From assembly GCF_001194135.2 (NCBI RefSeq), contig NC_069008.1:3943649-3983401 (forward strand): a stretch of DNA of 39,753 nt, given 5' to 3'. A program made the translations under genes and the position numbers. Below the pieces are notes generated by a model that was not told where the DNA came from, did not search any database, and saw only the letters and a list, made by a program, of their open reading frames with translations. Every line of letters starts with the position of its first letter. Within the stretch, counting starts at the first letter, position 1. This document shows, piece by piece, positions 1 to 11,445 of this stretch. The DNA comes from Octopus bimaculoides. Its lineage: Eukaryota.

Positions 1-181
1 CACACACACACACACACATCACTTGATATCCGATGCTGGTGTGTTTACGTCCCCATAACTTAGCGGTTCGGCAAAGAGACCATACTAGGCTTACCAAGAA
101 TAAGTTCTGGAGTTAATTTTGTTCGACTAAAGGCAGTGCTCCAGCACGGCCACAGTCAAATGACTGAAACAAATAAAAGAA
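1..181 (+). mobile_element. SINE family B (tRNA/CORE-type octopus SINE), 3' half
   Basis: Matches the 3' half of the full-length copy at 25566-25958 (…TAACTTAGCGGTTCGGCAAA…GCTCCAGCACGGCCACAGTCAAATGACTGAAACAAATAAAAGA). Confidence 0.85.
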
Positions 182-264
182 AGCCCTGGGGCAATATAAT
201 TGACTTTTATCTCCTCATGAAATAACTGGCCTTGTGCCAAAATTTTACAGAATTATTATTATTT

Positions 265-378
265 AGCAGAAAGTCACAATAGTGACTCAAGGGCCGAGAG
301 TTTTATGCATGGCACTTTGGATAAGTGGCATGCATGTGAAACACCCATTTTTTGATCCACTGTTGGTGACTTTCTGCT
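265..378. mobile_element. Small fold-back/MITE-like element with a nested hairpin
   Basis: Perfect 13-bp inverted repeat AGCAGAAAGTCAC (265-277) / GTGACTTTCTGCT (366-378). Internal 12/13 inverted repeat ATGCATGGCACTT (305-317) / AAGTGGCATGCAT (323-335). Confidence 0.5.
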
Positions 379-578
379 GATTAAAAACTTATAACACACA
401 CACACACACACACACACACATTCAATTGTTTGTTGATAGTCTTACATATCTGTGGTCTGTGTGTCAGTGTGTGTATGTGGCTGTGATTGTGTGTGTGTGT
501 GTTTCCATGTATGTGTAATACCATGCCATGGAACATGTATTGTGGAGGGGAGGGGTAAATCAGATCCACACAAATATC

Positions 579-580
<2 letters not shown>

Positions 581-621
<41 letters not shown>
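581..621. repeat. (CA)n microsatellite; another at about 395-421
   Basis: Directly visible. Confidence 0.95.
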
Positions 622-625
<4 letters not shown>

Positions 626-1924
626 CTTTGCTCACTGAAGTCTGGTCTCTCTGTTTCTCCACATGGCATCATTTTTGTTTCATCATTCAATTTCAATTAG
701 GCTTTCAGNNNNNNNNNNNNNNNNNNNNNNNNNNNNNNNNNNNNNNNNNNNNNNNNNNNNNNNNNNNNNNNNNNNNNNNNNNNNNNNNNNNNNNNNNNNN
801 NNNNNNNNNNNNNNNNNNNNNNNNNNNNNNNNNNNNNNNNNNNNNNNNNNNNNNNNNNNNNNNNNNNNNNNNNNNNNNNNNNNNNNNNNNNNNNNNNNNN
901 NNNNNNNNNNNNNNNNNNNNNNNNNNNNNNNNNNNNNNNNNNNNNNNNNNNNNNNNNNNNNNNNNNNNNNNNNNNNNNNNNNNNNNNNNNNNNNNNNNNN
1001 NNNNNNNNNNNNNNNNNNNNNNNNNNNNNNNNNNNNNNNNNNNNNNNNNNNNNNNNNNNNNNNNNNNNNNNNNNNNNNNNNNNNNNNNNNNNNNNNNNNN
1101 NNNNNNNNNNNNNNNNNNNNNNNNNNNNNNNNNNNNNNNNNNNNNNNNNNNNNNNNNNNNNNNNNNNNNNNNNNNNNNNNNNNNNNNNNNNNNNNNNNNN
1201 NNNNNNNNNNNNNNNNNNNNNNNNNNNNNNNNNNNNNNNNNNNNNNNNNNNNNNNNNNNNNNNNNNNNNNNNNNNNNNNNNNNNNNNNNNNNNNNNNNNN
1301 NNNNNNNNNNNNNNNNNNNNNNNNNNNNNNNNNNNNNNNNNNNNNNNNNNNNNNNNNNNNNNNNNNNNNNNNNNNNNNNNNNNNNNNNNNNNNNNNNNNN
1401 NNNNNNNNNNNNNNNNNNNNNNNNNNNNNNNNNNNNNNNNNNNNNNNNNNNNNNNNNNNNNNNNNNNNNNNNNNNNNNNNNNNNNNNNNNNNNNNNNNNN
1501 NNNNNNNNNNNNNNNNNNNNNNNNNNNNNNNNNNNNNNNNNNNNNNNNNNNNNNNNNNNNNNNNNNNNNNNNNNNNNNNNNNNNNNNNNNNNNNNNNNNN
1601 NNNNNNNNNNNNNNNNNNNNNNNNNNNNNNNNNNNNNNNNNNNNNNNNNNNNNNNNNNNNNNNNNNNNAGTCCTACATTACTGTTATTTTAATTTTTTTT
1701 ATTTGTTTATTTAGAAAGGTTTGTCACAACTGGAATGCCAATCCTCTTTGCTAACATCTGATCTGGAGTTCACCACCACCACCACCACCACCACCACCAA
1801 TAATACAGCCTCTATTTGGTCACAAGATTTGCTAAAATAGCAGTGCTAAACCTCCCTCGAATCACTCTGAAATTGTGCTTTTAAAATAAGGCGGGGACAT
1901 GTAGAACAATATGGTACATCTACC

Positions 1925-2674
1925 TTTTCTTACCTGTTTCAGTCGTTGGACTGCAGCCATGCTGGAGCACCACCTTGAAGGGTTTTAGTCAGACAATGTG
2001 ACCCCAGTACTTTTTTAGCCTGGTACTAATTCTATCAGTCCCTTTTGCCAAATCACTAAGTTAATGGGGTATAAACAAACCAACACCCGTCGTCAAGTGT
2101 TGGTGGGGAACACACACACACAAACATGCACACAGATGCATACATATATATTTGATGGGCTTCTTTCAGTTTCCGTTTACCGGATCCACTCAAAAAGGCT
2201 TTGATTAGCCTAGTACTTATTCTATCAGTCTCTTTTGCCAAATCCCCGAGTTATTGTGATGTAAACAAACCAACGCCAGTTGTCAAGTGATGGTGGGAAC
2301 ACACACACACAGATACATACATATATATTCGACAGGCTTCATTCAGTTTCCGTTTACCAAATCCACTCACAGAGGCTTTGATTAGCCTAGTTTTTATTCT
2401 ATCAGTCTCTTTTGCCAAATCATTAAGTTATTGGGATATAAACAAACCAACACCGGTCGTCAAGTGATGGTGGGGAACACACGCATATGCGTGCACACAT
2501 ACTCACACACGCAGATACTCACAGACACACATACATATATAGTCGATGGGCTTCTTTCAGTTTCCATCTACCAAATCTACTCCCGAGACACTTGCCCAAG
2601 ATACCATGCTCTAGGACTGAACCCAAAACCATGCAGCTCAGAAACAAACTTCTTACCACACACAGCCACACCTG
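1925..2674 (-). mobile_element. SINE family B copy with a tandem triplication of its internal segment
   Basis: Tail at 1925-2016, three related 177-198 bp internal units starting at AGCC 2017, 2207 and 2384, and a degenerate tRNA-like head ending at 2674. Confidence 0.85.
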
Positions 2675-3103
2675 CAGCTAGATACACCTTTTGTTTCTTT
2701 TTAATCAAGCAAGCTATGTCCATAGTTGGAATTTCATGAGCTCTGAATGAATTAACGAGTCTCTACAGGGTAGATTGATTTTCTTTTAGAAATAGCAGGC
2801 AAACCTCCCTCAAATCATACCTTACTGTCTTGAAAAAGAGGGACCTTGCATAAAATATTGTAATCCTGTATAAAGCCTTTTTTTTTTTTCTTTTTGAACT
2901 TTTAAATCAAGAAAAGTCTGTCATAGCTTGAATACTAAGAGCCTCTAAGTGGTCACTGGAACTGCCTATTAGAAATAGGCAGCCAAATATCCCTTGAAAT
3001 CACTTATGTATATATGAGTGAGCCAATGAGGGAGACTTCTAAAGGATAGCTAGACCTGGTAGCAATGACAGTCAAATCTTGCTCAAATTAAAAACCTACT
3101 ATA

Positions 3104-3475
3104 TTACTCTTTTACTTGTTTCAGTCATTTGACTGTGGCCATGCTGAAGCGCCGCATTTAGTCGAGCAAATCGACCCCCAGGACTTATTCCTTGTAAGCC
3201 TAGTACTTATTCTATCGGTCTGTTTTGACGAACCGCTAAGTTACAGGGATGTAAATACACCAGCATCGGTTGTCAAGTGATGTTGGGGAGACAAACACAC
3301 ATATATACATATATATGGTGGGCTTCTTTCAATTTCTGTCTACCAAATCCACTCACAAGGCTTTGGTCGGCCCAAGGCTATAGTAGAAGACACTTGCCCA
3401 AGGTGCCACGCAGTGGGACTGAATCCGGAACCATGTGGTTGGGAAGCAAGCTACTTACCACACAGCCACTCCTGC
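3104..3475 (-). mobile_element. SINE family B, near full length
   Basis: Reverse complement of 25566-25958: tRNA-like head, CORE-like CCTTGGGCAAGTGTCTT, (TA)/(CA) linker and (TAAAAGAG)-type tail. Confidence 0.9.
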
Positions 3476-3964
3476 ATATGTATGCATACACGTGTGTATG
3501 ATGTATTTATGTATGTATGTATTTGGTCACTAGATTTGCTAGAAATAGCAGTGCTAAACCTCTCTCAAATCACTCTGAAACTGTGTAGAATAATATAGTG
3601 GTAATGATGAGAAGGAGGAGGAGGATTAACAAATGGAAGAGATGATGGTGATGACGAAGACAGTGGTGGAGGGGGAGTTGCAACAACGACGATCCGTGGC
3701 GGTGGTGGTGGTGTTAATGACAACAAATACAGAAATGACGATGTTGACAATGAGAAATGGCAATGTCACCATTAGCAAATGAGATTTTATAGAGTAAGAG
3801 GAAGGCAACTGAGAGAGGGGGAAAAAAAAAACATTCTCGTTTATGAGGCTTTTATATGTGTGTGTGTGTGTGTGTGTGTGTTGGTGTAGTGTATAGGTAC
3901 AAGTATACAATGCAGGTATACATGTGCACATGCAAGACAGGCATAGTTATATAGATATATATAC

Positions 3965-3980
3965 ATCAGGACAGACAGAC

Positions 3981-4029
<49 letters not shown>

Positions 4030-4054
4030 TATATATATATATATATATATATAT
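3965..4054. repeat. Compound (GACA)/(GATA)/(TA)n microsatellite
   Basis: Directly visible. Confidence 0.95.
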
Positions 4055-4296
4055 CATCATCATCATCATCATCATCATCATCGTTTAACGTCCGCTTTCC
4101 ATGCTAGCATGGGTTGGACGATTTGACTGAGGACTGGTGAAACCGGATGGCAACACCAGGCTCCAGTCTGATTTGGCAGAGTTTCTACAGCTGGATGCCC
4201 TTCCTAACGCCAACCACTCAGAGAGTGTAGTGGGTGCTTTTACGTGTCACCCGCACGAAAACGGCCACGCTCGAAATGGTGTCTTTTATGTGCCAC
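4055..4296 (-). mobile_element. Repeat family D (3' UTR/tail of an RTE-clade LINE, or a SINE sharing it), ending in (GAT)n; runs into a gap
   Basis: Reverse complement of the clean copy at 28000-28217 (GTTGGCGTTAGGAAGGGCATCCAGCTGTAGAAAC…GGACGTTAAACGATGATGAT). Confidence 0.85.
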
Positions 4297-4777
4297 NNNN
4301 NNNNNNNNNNNNNNNNNNNNNNNNNNNNNNNNNNNNNNNNNNNNNNNNNNNNNNNNNNNNNNNNNNNNNNNNNNNNNNNNNNNNNNNNNNNNNNNNNNNN
4401 NNNNNNNNNNNNNNNNNNNNNNNNNNNNNNNNNNNNNNNNNNNNNNNNNNNNNNNNNNNNNNNNNNNNNNNNNNNNNNNNNNNNNNNNNNNNNNNNNNNN
4501 NNNNNNNNNNNNNNNNNNNNNNNNNNNNNNNNNNNNNNNNNNNNNNNNNNNNNNNNNNNNNNNNNNNNNNNNNNNNNNNNNNNNNNNNNNNNNNNNNNNN
4601 NNNNNNNNNNNNNNNNNNNNNNNNNNNNNNNNNNNNNNNNNNNNNNNNNNNNNNNNNNNNNNNNNNNNNNNNNNNNNNNNNNNNNNNNNNNNNNNNNNNN
4701 NNNNNNNNNNNNNNNNNNNNNNNNNNNNNNNNNNNNNNNNNNNNNNNNNNNNNGATGCTTCTAATGTTCAGCTTAGA

Positions 4778-4800
4778 CAGATAGAGATAGACAAACAGAC

Positions 4801-4855
<55 letters not shown>

Positions 4856-4980
4856 CAGACAGACAAACAGATAGATAGACAGACAGATATATATATATAT
4901 ATACATATATATAGATAGATAGATAGACAGACAGACAGATAGACAGAGATAGACAAACAGATAGATAGATAGATAGATAG
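4778..4980. repeat. (GATA)/(GACA)/(TA)n compound microsatellite
   Basis: Directly visible. Confidence 0.95.
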
Positions 4981-4984
4981 CTAG

Positions 4985-5375
4985 CTTTTATGTGCCACTG
5001 GCATGGGTGCCATTTGCGTAACACCGGTAACTGCCACAACTGCAATTTGGCTCGGCTTGATGGGTCTTCTCAGGCACAACATAATGCCAAAGGTCTTGGT
5101 CATTGTCTCCATCAGGCCCAACGCTCGAAAGGAACTCAGCCACCTTGCTGCGAGGCCTAACATTCAAAGGTTGATTTTTTTTTATGTGCCACCAGCATGG
5201 GTGCACTTGGCTTGACAGGTCCTCTGAAGCAGAGCACATCGCCAAAGGTCTCAGCTACCAGTCATTGCCTCTGTGAGGTTCAAAGTTCGAAGGTCATGCT
5301 TCACAACTTTGACCCATGTCTTCCTGAGTCTACCTCTACCACAGGTTCTCTTCACAGTTAGAGATCAGCAGTTCT
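4985..5375 (-). mobile_element. RTE-clade LINE 3' end: ORF C-terminus plus start of the family-D UTR, present twice in tandem
   Basis: Minus-strand translation of 5370-5200: SLTVKRTCGRGRLRKTWVKVVKHDLRTLNLTEAMTGS*DLWRCALLQRTCQAK, matching the RTE GRGRP-KTW…DL…DLWR motif. A second decayed copy at 5135-5060 reads FRALGLMETMT / DQDLWHYVVPEKTHQA. Each is followed by GTGGCACATAAAA as in family D. Confidence 0.75.
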
Positions 5376-5699
5376 AGAAAATCTGACTCAACAAATTCCA
5401 TCTCACCCATAATGCAAGCATGGAAAAGTGGATGTTAAACGACAATGATTAGTGCAATAGATGAAAAAAATCCTCTGCAAGCATTTCATTCAACCCTCTG
5501 TATTCAGAGTTCAAATCCTGCTAAAGTCAAATTTATCTTTGCATCGACATCATGTGATGGATGTAAATGAAAGTCACTGTCATACTAGCAGTGTCATTTG
5601 TTTGCAGTCTTCTGTGAAAAATATGAGGACAAAGGCACAGGTGTGGCCATGTGCTAAGGAACTTGCTTCCCAACCAAAGAATGAACCCGATTGCTCTCA

Positions 5700-5912
5700 A
5701 AAATTAAGTTTAAAAACTGGAAAAATAATCCAGAATCCTTGTCTGGCACTGGATTGATCCCAAAATCTAATCAGTTTGTGTCGGTCACGAGGCCAAACAT
5801 CCCTGAAAGTTTCATCCAAATCCATTCAGTGGTTCCTGAGATATCTTGTCCATGGACAAACAAACAAACATCACTGAAAACAATACCTCCGCTTTTGCTA
5901 AGGTAGAGGTAA
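5700..5912 (+). mobile_element. Non-autonomous Helitron/Helentron-like repeat end
   Basis: GTTTCATCCAAATCCATTCAGTGGTTCCTGAGATATC, a (CAAA)n microsatellite and a terminal TACCTC…GAGGTA hairpin (5884-5911). I recognise this layout from non-autonomous rolling-circle elements; not searched. Confidence 0.45.
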
Positions 5913-6659
5913 CAGAAGACAAACATATAATGGTGTATTAAGATGGTGAACCAGGATCCATCACAATGGACTACCAGAACATCTGAAGTGGCATCTCCAA
6001 TGGTTAGCTGTGCCAGTCACAAGAAGATAATGATCGCTGATGAGGATGACTATGGTGGTAGTGGTGATTGATGTAGTGGTGTTGGTGGTGGTGGTAATTA
6101 GGACTTTGGTGGTGGTGGTGGTAGTAGTAGTAGTAGTCGTGATGATTAAGATGTAAAGTCTTAATTTTAATAACAAGTATTTACCTTGCCTTCAAAAAAA
6201 AAAAAACTAATTTCTCTTTTTTAATTTTTTAATTTTTTCTTTGGCGAGTGGATGGGATGGGATGGGAGGTGACTGATTCAATCAATGTATTTTTGATAAT
6301 TATTCTACTCTTCATGATATCGCCTGCTTCATGCATGAATAAGCAACGCAGAGCAGCAACGGAGAATCACTGCACCAGACATGACTAATCACTAACACAT
6401 CAGCTAAGAACTAATCTGTCTTGGGAAAAAATTTTGATATATTGGTGGCAGGGAGGGGAGTGTTGCTTAACCTCAGATCGACCCTGATCCAGTAGGCACA
6501 TGACCAAAGACATTCCAGCTATGACCATCATGTCTTTGCTTTACATAAATAATCACCGTATCATTGTATTATCACTGGTCACAATGCGCTTCCTCGCACT
6601 GTTGTAGCTTTTGAATGATGCCACCATGCTGGTCAGACAGACAGGCAGGCAGGCAGGCA

Positions 6660-7250
6660 GGCCAACATCCCCTCTGAATAGAATGCCAGTCTGTAACTGG
6701 GTTACCCATTTACAGCTAAGTAGACTGGAGCAATGTGAAATGAAGTGTTTTTATCAAAAACATAATACATCATCAAGGAGGCACAATGGCCCAGTAGTTA
6801 GGGCAGTGGACTCACGGTCATAGGATCGCAGTTTTGATTCCCAGACAGGGCATTGTGAGTGTTTATTGAGCGAAAACACCTAAAGCTCCACGAGGCTCCG
6901 GCAGGGGATGGTGGCGAACCCTGCTGTACTCTTCCACCACAACTTTCTCTCACTCTTACTTCCTGTTTCTGTTGTGCCTGGAATTCAAAGGGGTCAGCCT
7001 TGTTACACTCTGTGTCACGCTGAATATCCCCGTGAACTACGTTAAGGGTACACGTGTCTGTGGAGTGCTCAGCCACTTGCACGTTAATTTCACGAGCAGG
7101 CTGTTCCGTTGATCGGATCAACTGGAACCCTCGACGTCGTAAGCGTCGTAAGCGACGGAGTGCCAACAACAACAATACATCATCAGTCTGGAAATTGAAA
7201 CAATAATCTGGCTATCACAAACGCAACACCTTAACCACTTGGCCATGCAA
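6660..7250 (-). mobile_element. Older tRNA/CORE-type SINE (family F-related head), interrupted by a family-A SINE
   Basis: Joining 7250-7186 to 6775-6660 restores head (TGGCCAAGTGGTTAAG…GTTTCAATTTCC) then CACTTCATTTCACATTGCTCCAGTCTACTTAGCTGTAAATGGG, similar to 37075-37402. Confidence 0.6.
6777..7173 (+). mobile_element. SINE family A (tRNA-derived, tRNA-Arg-like head), full length, with a 12-bp target-site duplication
   Basis: A-box TGGCCCAGTAG, B-box-like GTTTTGATTCC and (CAA)n tail. TSD AATACATCATCA at 6764-6775 and 7174-7185. Five other copies in the window. Confidence 0.92.
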
Positions 7251-7681
7251 CACCCTAACTACTTGGCCTTAACATAAATAACAGGATTACATTATCAATG
7301 TATCCTTCTATATTATTAAGCAGATCTTTCATCTAAAGGTGATCCAGCTATGATTACCCTATCTTTTACTCCCACAGTGTATCTAGGAATACATTATTCA
7401 ACGCATCTTTCCTTGTTAGTACTGTTTAGCCTGGATTAGACCTAACTAAGCAGACTAATGGACACATTGTATTGAGTACTACATTATCTGAGGTGTCCCA
7501 CTTTTGTTGTTGCTGAGCTCCAGGTCAGTTCCGAGTCAATAGGCAGATGATTGAAAGTATTCCAGCTGTGACTATCCGTATATTTAGTATAACACAGATG
7601 TTATCCCTACTATATAGTAAACTAGCAGCTATATATATACTATATCCACAAACTATCAGTATATAATATATATAGTATAAC

Positions 7682-7736
<55 letters not shown>

Positions 7737-7744
7737 TAGCACAT

Positions 7745-8115
7745 ATTTGGCTGCTATTTTTACCATGTCTAGCTACCATATAGAAATCTCCCTCATTGGT
7801 TTATACGTATGTTCTTACATATGACAGTAAGGTTTGATTAGATGGAGATTTGGCTGTTATTTCTACCAGGTCTAGCTACCATGCAGCAGTCTTCTACTTG
7901 GTACATACACATATGCATACATAAGAAACTAGAGTGTGTATTGAGTGAGATTTGGCAGCTATTTCTACCAGATCTAGCTACCATGTAGAGGTCTCCTACT
8001 TGGCTCATACACACATATGCATACATAAGAAAGTAAGGTGTCATTTGAGGGAGATTTTGCAGCTATTTCTAGCAGATCTACATACCATGTAGAGAACTTC
8101 CCTGTTGGCTCATAC
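7745..8115. repeat. Four degenerate tandem copies of a ~103-bp unit from dispersed repeat family E (ATTTGGCTGCTATTTCTAGCAGGTCTAGCTACC…)
   Basis: Unit starts at 7745, 7848, 7950 and 8054. Related dispersed units near 1830, 2790, 2970, 3540, 8615, 17170-17285, 26975-27150 and 32350. Confidence 0.8.
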
Positions 8116-8144
8116 TTACACAACATACAGACAGGGAGACACAG

Positions 8145-8175
8145 AGATAGATAGATAGGTAGATAGATAGACAGG

Positions 8176-8221
<46 letters not shown>

Positions 8222-8270
8222 CAGGGATAGATAGATAGATAGACAGGAATAGATAGATAGATAGACAGGA

Positions 8271-8331
<61 letters not shown>

Positions 8332-8464
8332 CAGACAGATAGATAGACAGGAATAGATAGATAGATAGATAGATAGACAGATAGATAGACAGGGACAGAT
8401 AGATAGATAGACAGATAGATAGACAGGGACAGATAGATAGATAGACAGATAGATAGACAGGGAC

Positions 8465-8507
<43 letters not shown>

Positions 8508-8585
8508 GACAGGTAGATAAATAGATAGACAGACAGACGGGGAGATAGATAGATAGAGAGAAATAGATTAGATAGATAGATTCAT
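8145..8585. repeat. Long interrupted (GATA)/(GACA)n microsatellite with recurring GACAGG variants
   Basis: Directly visible. Confidence 0.95.
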
Positions 8586-8814
8586 GAGACAGTATGGTGT
8601 GAGTTGAGAAGGTCTGGCTGCTATTTACAACAGGTCGAGCTAGTACGCAGAGAGATGCATTTTCAGGCGAACTTTTCTAGCCTTCAGTAGCTTGGTAACA
8701 AGGAAAGCACCACCACCAACAACAACCACCGCTACAACAGCAACGCACTTTAAAATCCTCTTGATTCTTAGAGTGGTGCTTCACGAAACGGTAGATGTTT
8801 GTTGTTATGTGGGT

Positions 8815-8912
8815 GAGAGTGTGTGTGTCTGTGTGTACATGTGTGTATGTATGTGAGTACACGCATGTGTGTGTGTGTGTGTGTGTACATGTGTGTATGT
8901 ATGTGAGTACAC

Positions 8913-8967
<55 letters not shown>
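8815..8967. repeat. (TG)n microsatellite with a duplicated ~48-bp cryptic unit (GTACATGTGTGTATGTATGTGAGTACACGC)
   Basis: Directly visible; runs into a gap. Confidence 0.9.
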
Positions 8968-9438
8968 NNNNNNNNNNNNNNNNNNNNNNNNNNNNNNNNN
9001 NNNNNNNNNNNNNNNNNNNNNNNNNNNNNNNNNNNNNNNNNNNNNNNNNNNNNNNNNNNNNNNNNNNNNNNNNNNNNNNNNNNNNNNNNNNNNNNNNNNN
9101 NNNNNNNNNNNNNNNNNNNNNNNNNNNNNNNNNNNNNNNNNNNNNNNNNNNNNNNNNNNNNNNNNNNNNNNNNNNNNNNNNNNNNNNNNNNNNNNNNNNN
9201 NNNNNNNNNNNNNNNNNNNNNNNNNNNNNNNNNNNNNNNNNNNNNGAGAGGGGGTGAGAGGGGGTGGTGGGAGGATAGGAGTGGGAGGGCGGTGCTGGGG
9301 GGGCATGTAAGGTAGGGTTGGCAGGATTTCAGTCGGTGCAAAGTTAACACAGTCATAACAAGTACTCACCTCACCACTAAAAGATATTTGAAGTTTACCG
9401 TTTTTCCCCCGCAAAAGTCCAAGAATCACGTAAAAGCA

Positions 9439-9830
9439 CCATCCATCCATTCATCTTCTCAGCACACAATTCCCAGGAGGATCATGGTGGGTAGTATTCT
9501 CAGGCCCCTCTTTTGTAAGGTCCTACCAGAAGCAACAGTCCAAGTTAGACTTTCTGGTAGGATTCCCAAGTGTGACCAACTCAGACCATGGATATTTTTC
9601 AACCCTCTCGTTCTTGACCTACCCCTAGGTCTCCTGCCATTTGACTCACCTCAGAGAATCCATCCTGTAATTCTTTCCCGTGACATTCTAATCCCATGTC
9701 TGCAGTACTGGAGCTGTGACACTTCTCAATGCAAATTACCTGCTCAACCTGGAGAGACCTCACCTGATCTCCAAGCTATGCACTCTCTGTTGGATTTTGG
9801 CAAAGGTGTGTCTTGTCACCTCTACTTCTT
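9439..9830 (-). mobile_element. RTE-clade (Expander-like) LINE 3' end, decayed
   Basis: Minus-strand translation: …QLQYCRHGIRMSRERITGWIL*GESNGRRPRGRSRTRGLKNIHGLSWSHLGILPESL…RGLRILP, matching RTE QLRW-GHV-RM…G-RPRGRPRTRW…W-RLGIPPE. Ends in an (ATGG)n tail at 9439-9450. Confidence 0.8.
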
Positions 9831-9879
9831 ATAATTTTTTTTTTTTTTTATGAACTAGCACCTTGAAATCGTGATGGCA

Positions 9880-10010
9880 CCTGTACCAGTAGATCACTAA
9901 GAGCACCATCTGAGCCTGATTGTTGCCAGAGCACCAGCTGTCTGGCTTCCGTGCCGGTGGCACGTAAATAGCGCCATGTGAGTGTGATCATTACCAACGG
10001 TGGCACGTAA
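9880..10010 (+). mobile_element. Family D UTR fragment
   Basis: CCGTGCCGGTGGCACGTAAA motif shared with 28028-28045. Confidence 0.55.
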
Positions 10011-10092
10011 CCGCTAAGTCACAGGGACGTAAACACACCAGCATCGGTTGTCAAGCGATGTTGGGGGAACAAACAAAGATACACAAACATAT

Positions 10093-10152
<60 letters not shown>

Positions 10153-10240
10153 NNNNNNNNNNNNNNNNNNNNNNNNNNNNNNNNNNNNNNNNNNNNNNNN
10201 NNNNNNNNNNNNNNNNNNNNNNNNNNNNNNNNNNNNNNNN

Positions 10241-10275
<35 letters not shown>

Positions 10276-10420
10276 TATGACGGGCTTCTTTCAGTTTCTG
10301 TCAACCAAATCCACTCACAAGGCTTTGGTCAGCCTGAGGTTATAGTAGGAGACACTTGCCCAAGGTGCCACGCAGTGGGACTGAACCTGGAACCATATAG
10401 TTGGTTAGCAAGCTACTTAC
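10010..10420 (-). mobile_element. SINE family B, tail-truncated, with an N-gap in its (TA)n linker
   Basis: Same sequence as 3230-3470. Confidence 0.85.
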
Positions 10421-11278
10421 CATACAATATATACACATATATACACAAGTATTGTACCCCACACCCAAATACTGGCTCCAAAAAGTTAGACATCAACCAG
10501 TTGAGCTCTGAACTAATAGATTTGTGATGAAACACATTCCAGCTATGACCATCCCATCTTATTTAATGGGCATATTTTTGTGTGTGCTTCTTTTTTTTTT
10601 TTTTTGTTTGTCTGTTTGTTGTTTATTAACGATTTGGTCTGGAGAAAGGGGGGAGGAGGGGGGACTGCACCCGTGACCTTTGGCCTTTGCAGACCATGTC
10701 TGGATGAAAATGAAATCCAGACAGACAAAAAAAAAAAAGGAACAAAAGAAAGAAAGAAAAACAAAAAACAAAAAAAACTACTTCATTATAATACAAGACG
10801 ACACAGATTTAAGAAGATAAAAAGGAAAAAAACGATGGTTCCCAGTGATGTTAGAAAATACTTTAAAAAAAATTTCTGGGGAATTTCAAANNNNNNNNNN
10901 NNNNNNNNNNNNNNNNNNNNNNNNNNNNNNNNNNNNNNNNNNNNNNNNNNNNNNNNNNNNNNNNNNNNNNNNNNNNNNNNNNNNNNNNNNNNNNNNNNNN
11001 NNNNNNNNNNNNNNNNNNNNNNNNNNNNNNNNNNNNNNNNNNNNNNNNNNNNNNNNNNNNNNNNNNNNNNNNNNNNNNNNNNNNNNNNNNNNNNNNNNNN
11101 NNNNNNNNNNNNNNNNNNNNNNNNNNNNNNNNNNNNNNNNNNNNNNNNNNNNNNNNNNNNNNNNNNNNNNNNNNNNNNNNNNNNNNNNNNNNNNNNNNNN
11201 NNNNNNNNNNNNNNNNNNNNNNNNNNNNNNNNNNNNNNNNNNNNNNNNNNNNNNNNNNNNNNNNNNNNNNNNNNNNNN

Positions 11279-11343
<65 letters not shown>

Positions 11344-11444
11344 CGACGGGCCTCTTTCATTTTCTGTCTACCAAATCCACTCGCAAGGCTTTGGTCGGCC
11401 CAAAGGCTATAGTAGAAGACACTTGCCCAAGGTGCCACACAGTG
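11279..11444 (-). mobile_element. SINE family B fragment (linker plus CORE-like part)
   Basis: CAAAGGCTATAGTAGAAGACACTTGCCCAAGGTGCCAC; truncated at 11444. Confidence 0.8.
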
Positions 11445-11445
11445 T

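Noticed and set aside
3590-3790. Acidic/Gly-rich coding exon
   Set aside because: Degenerate (GRY)n trinucleotide low complexity with stops in the frames read, and no convincing splice sites.
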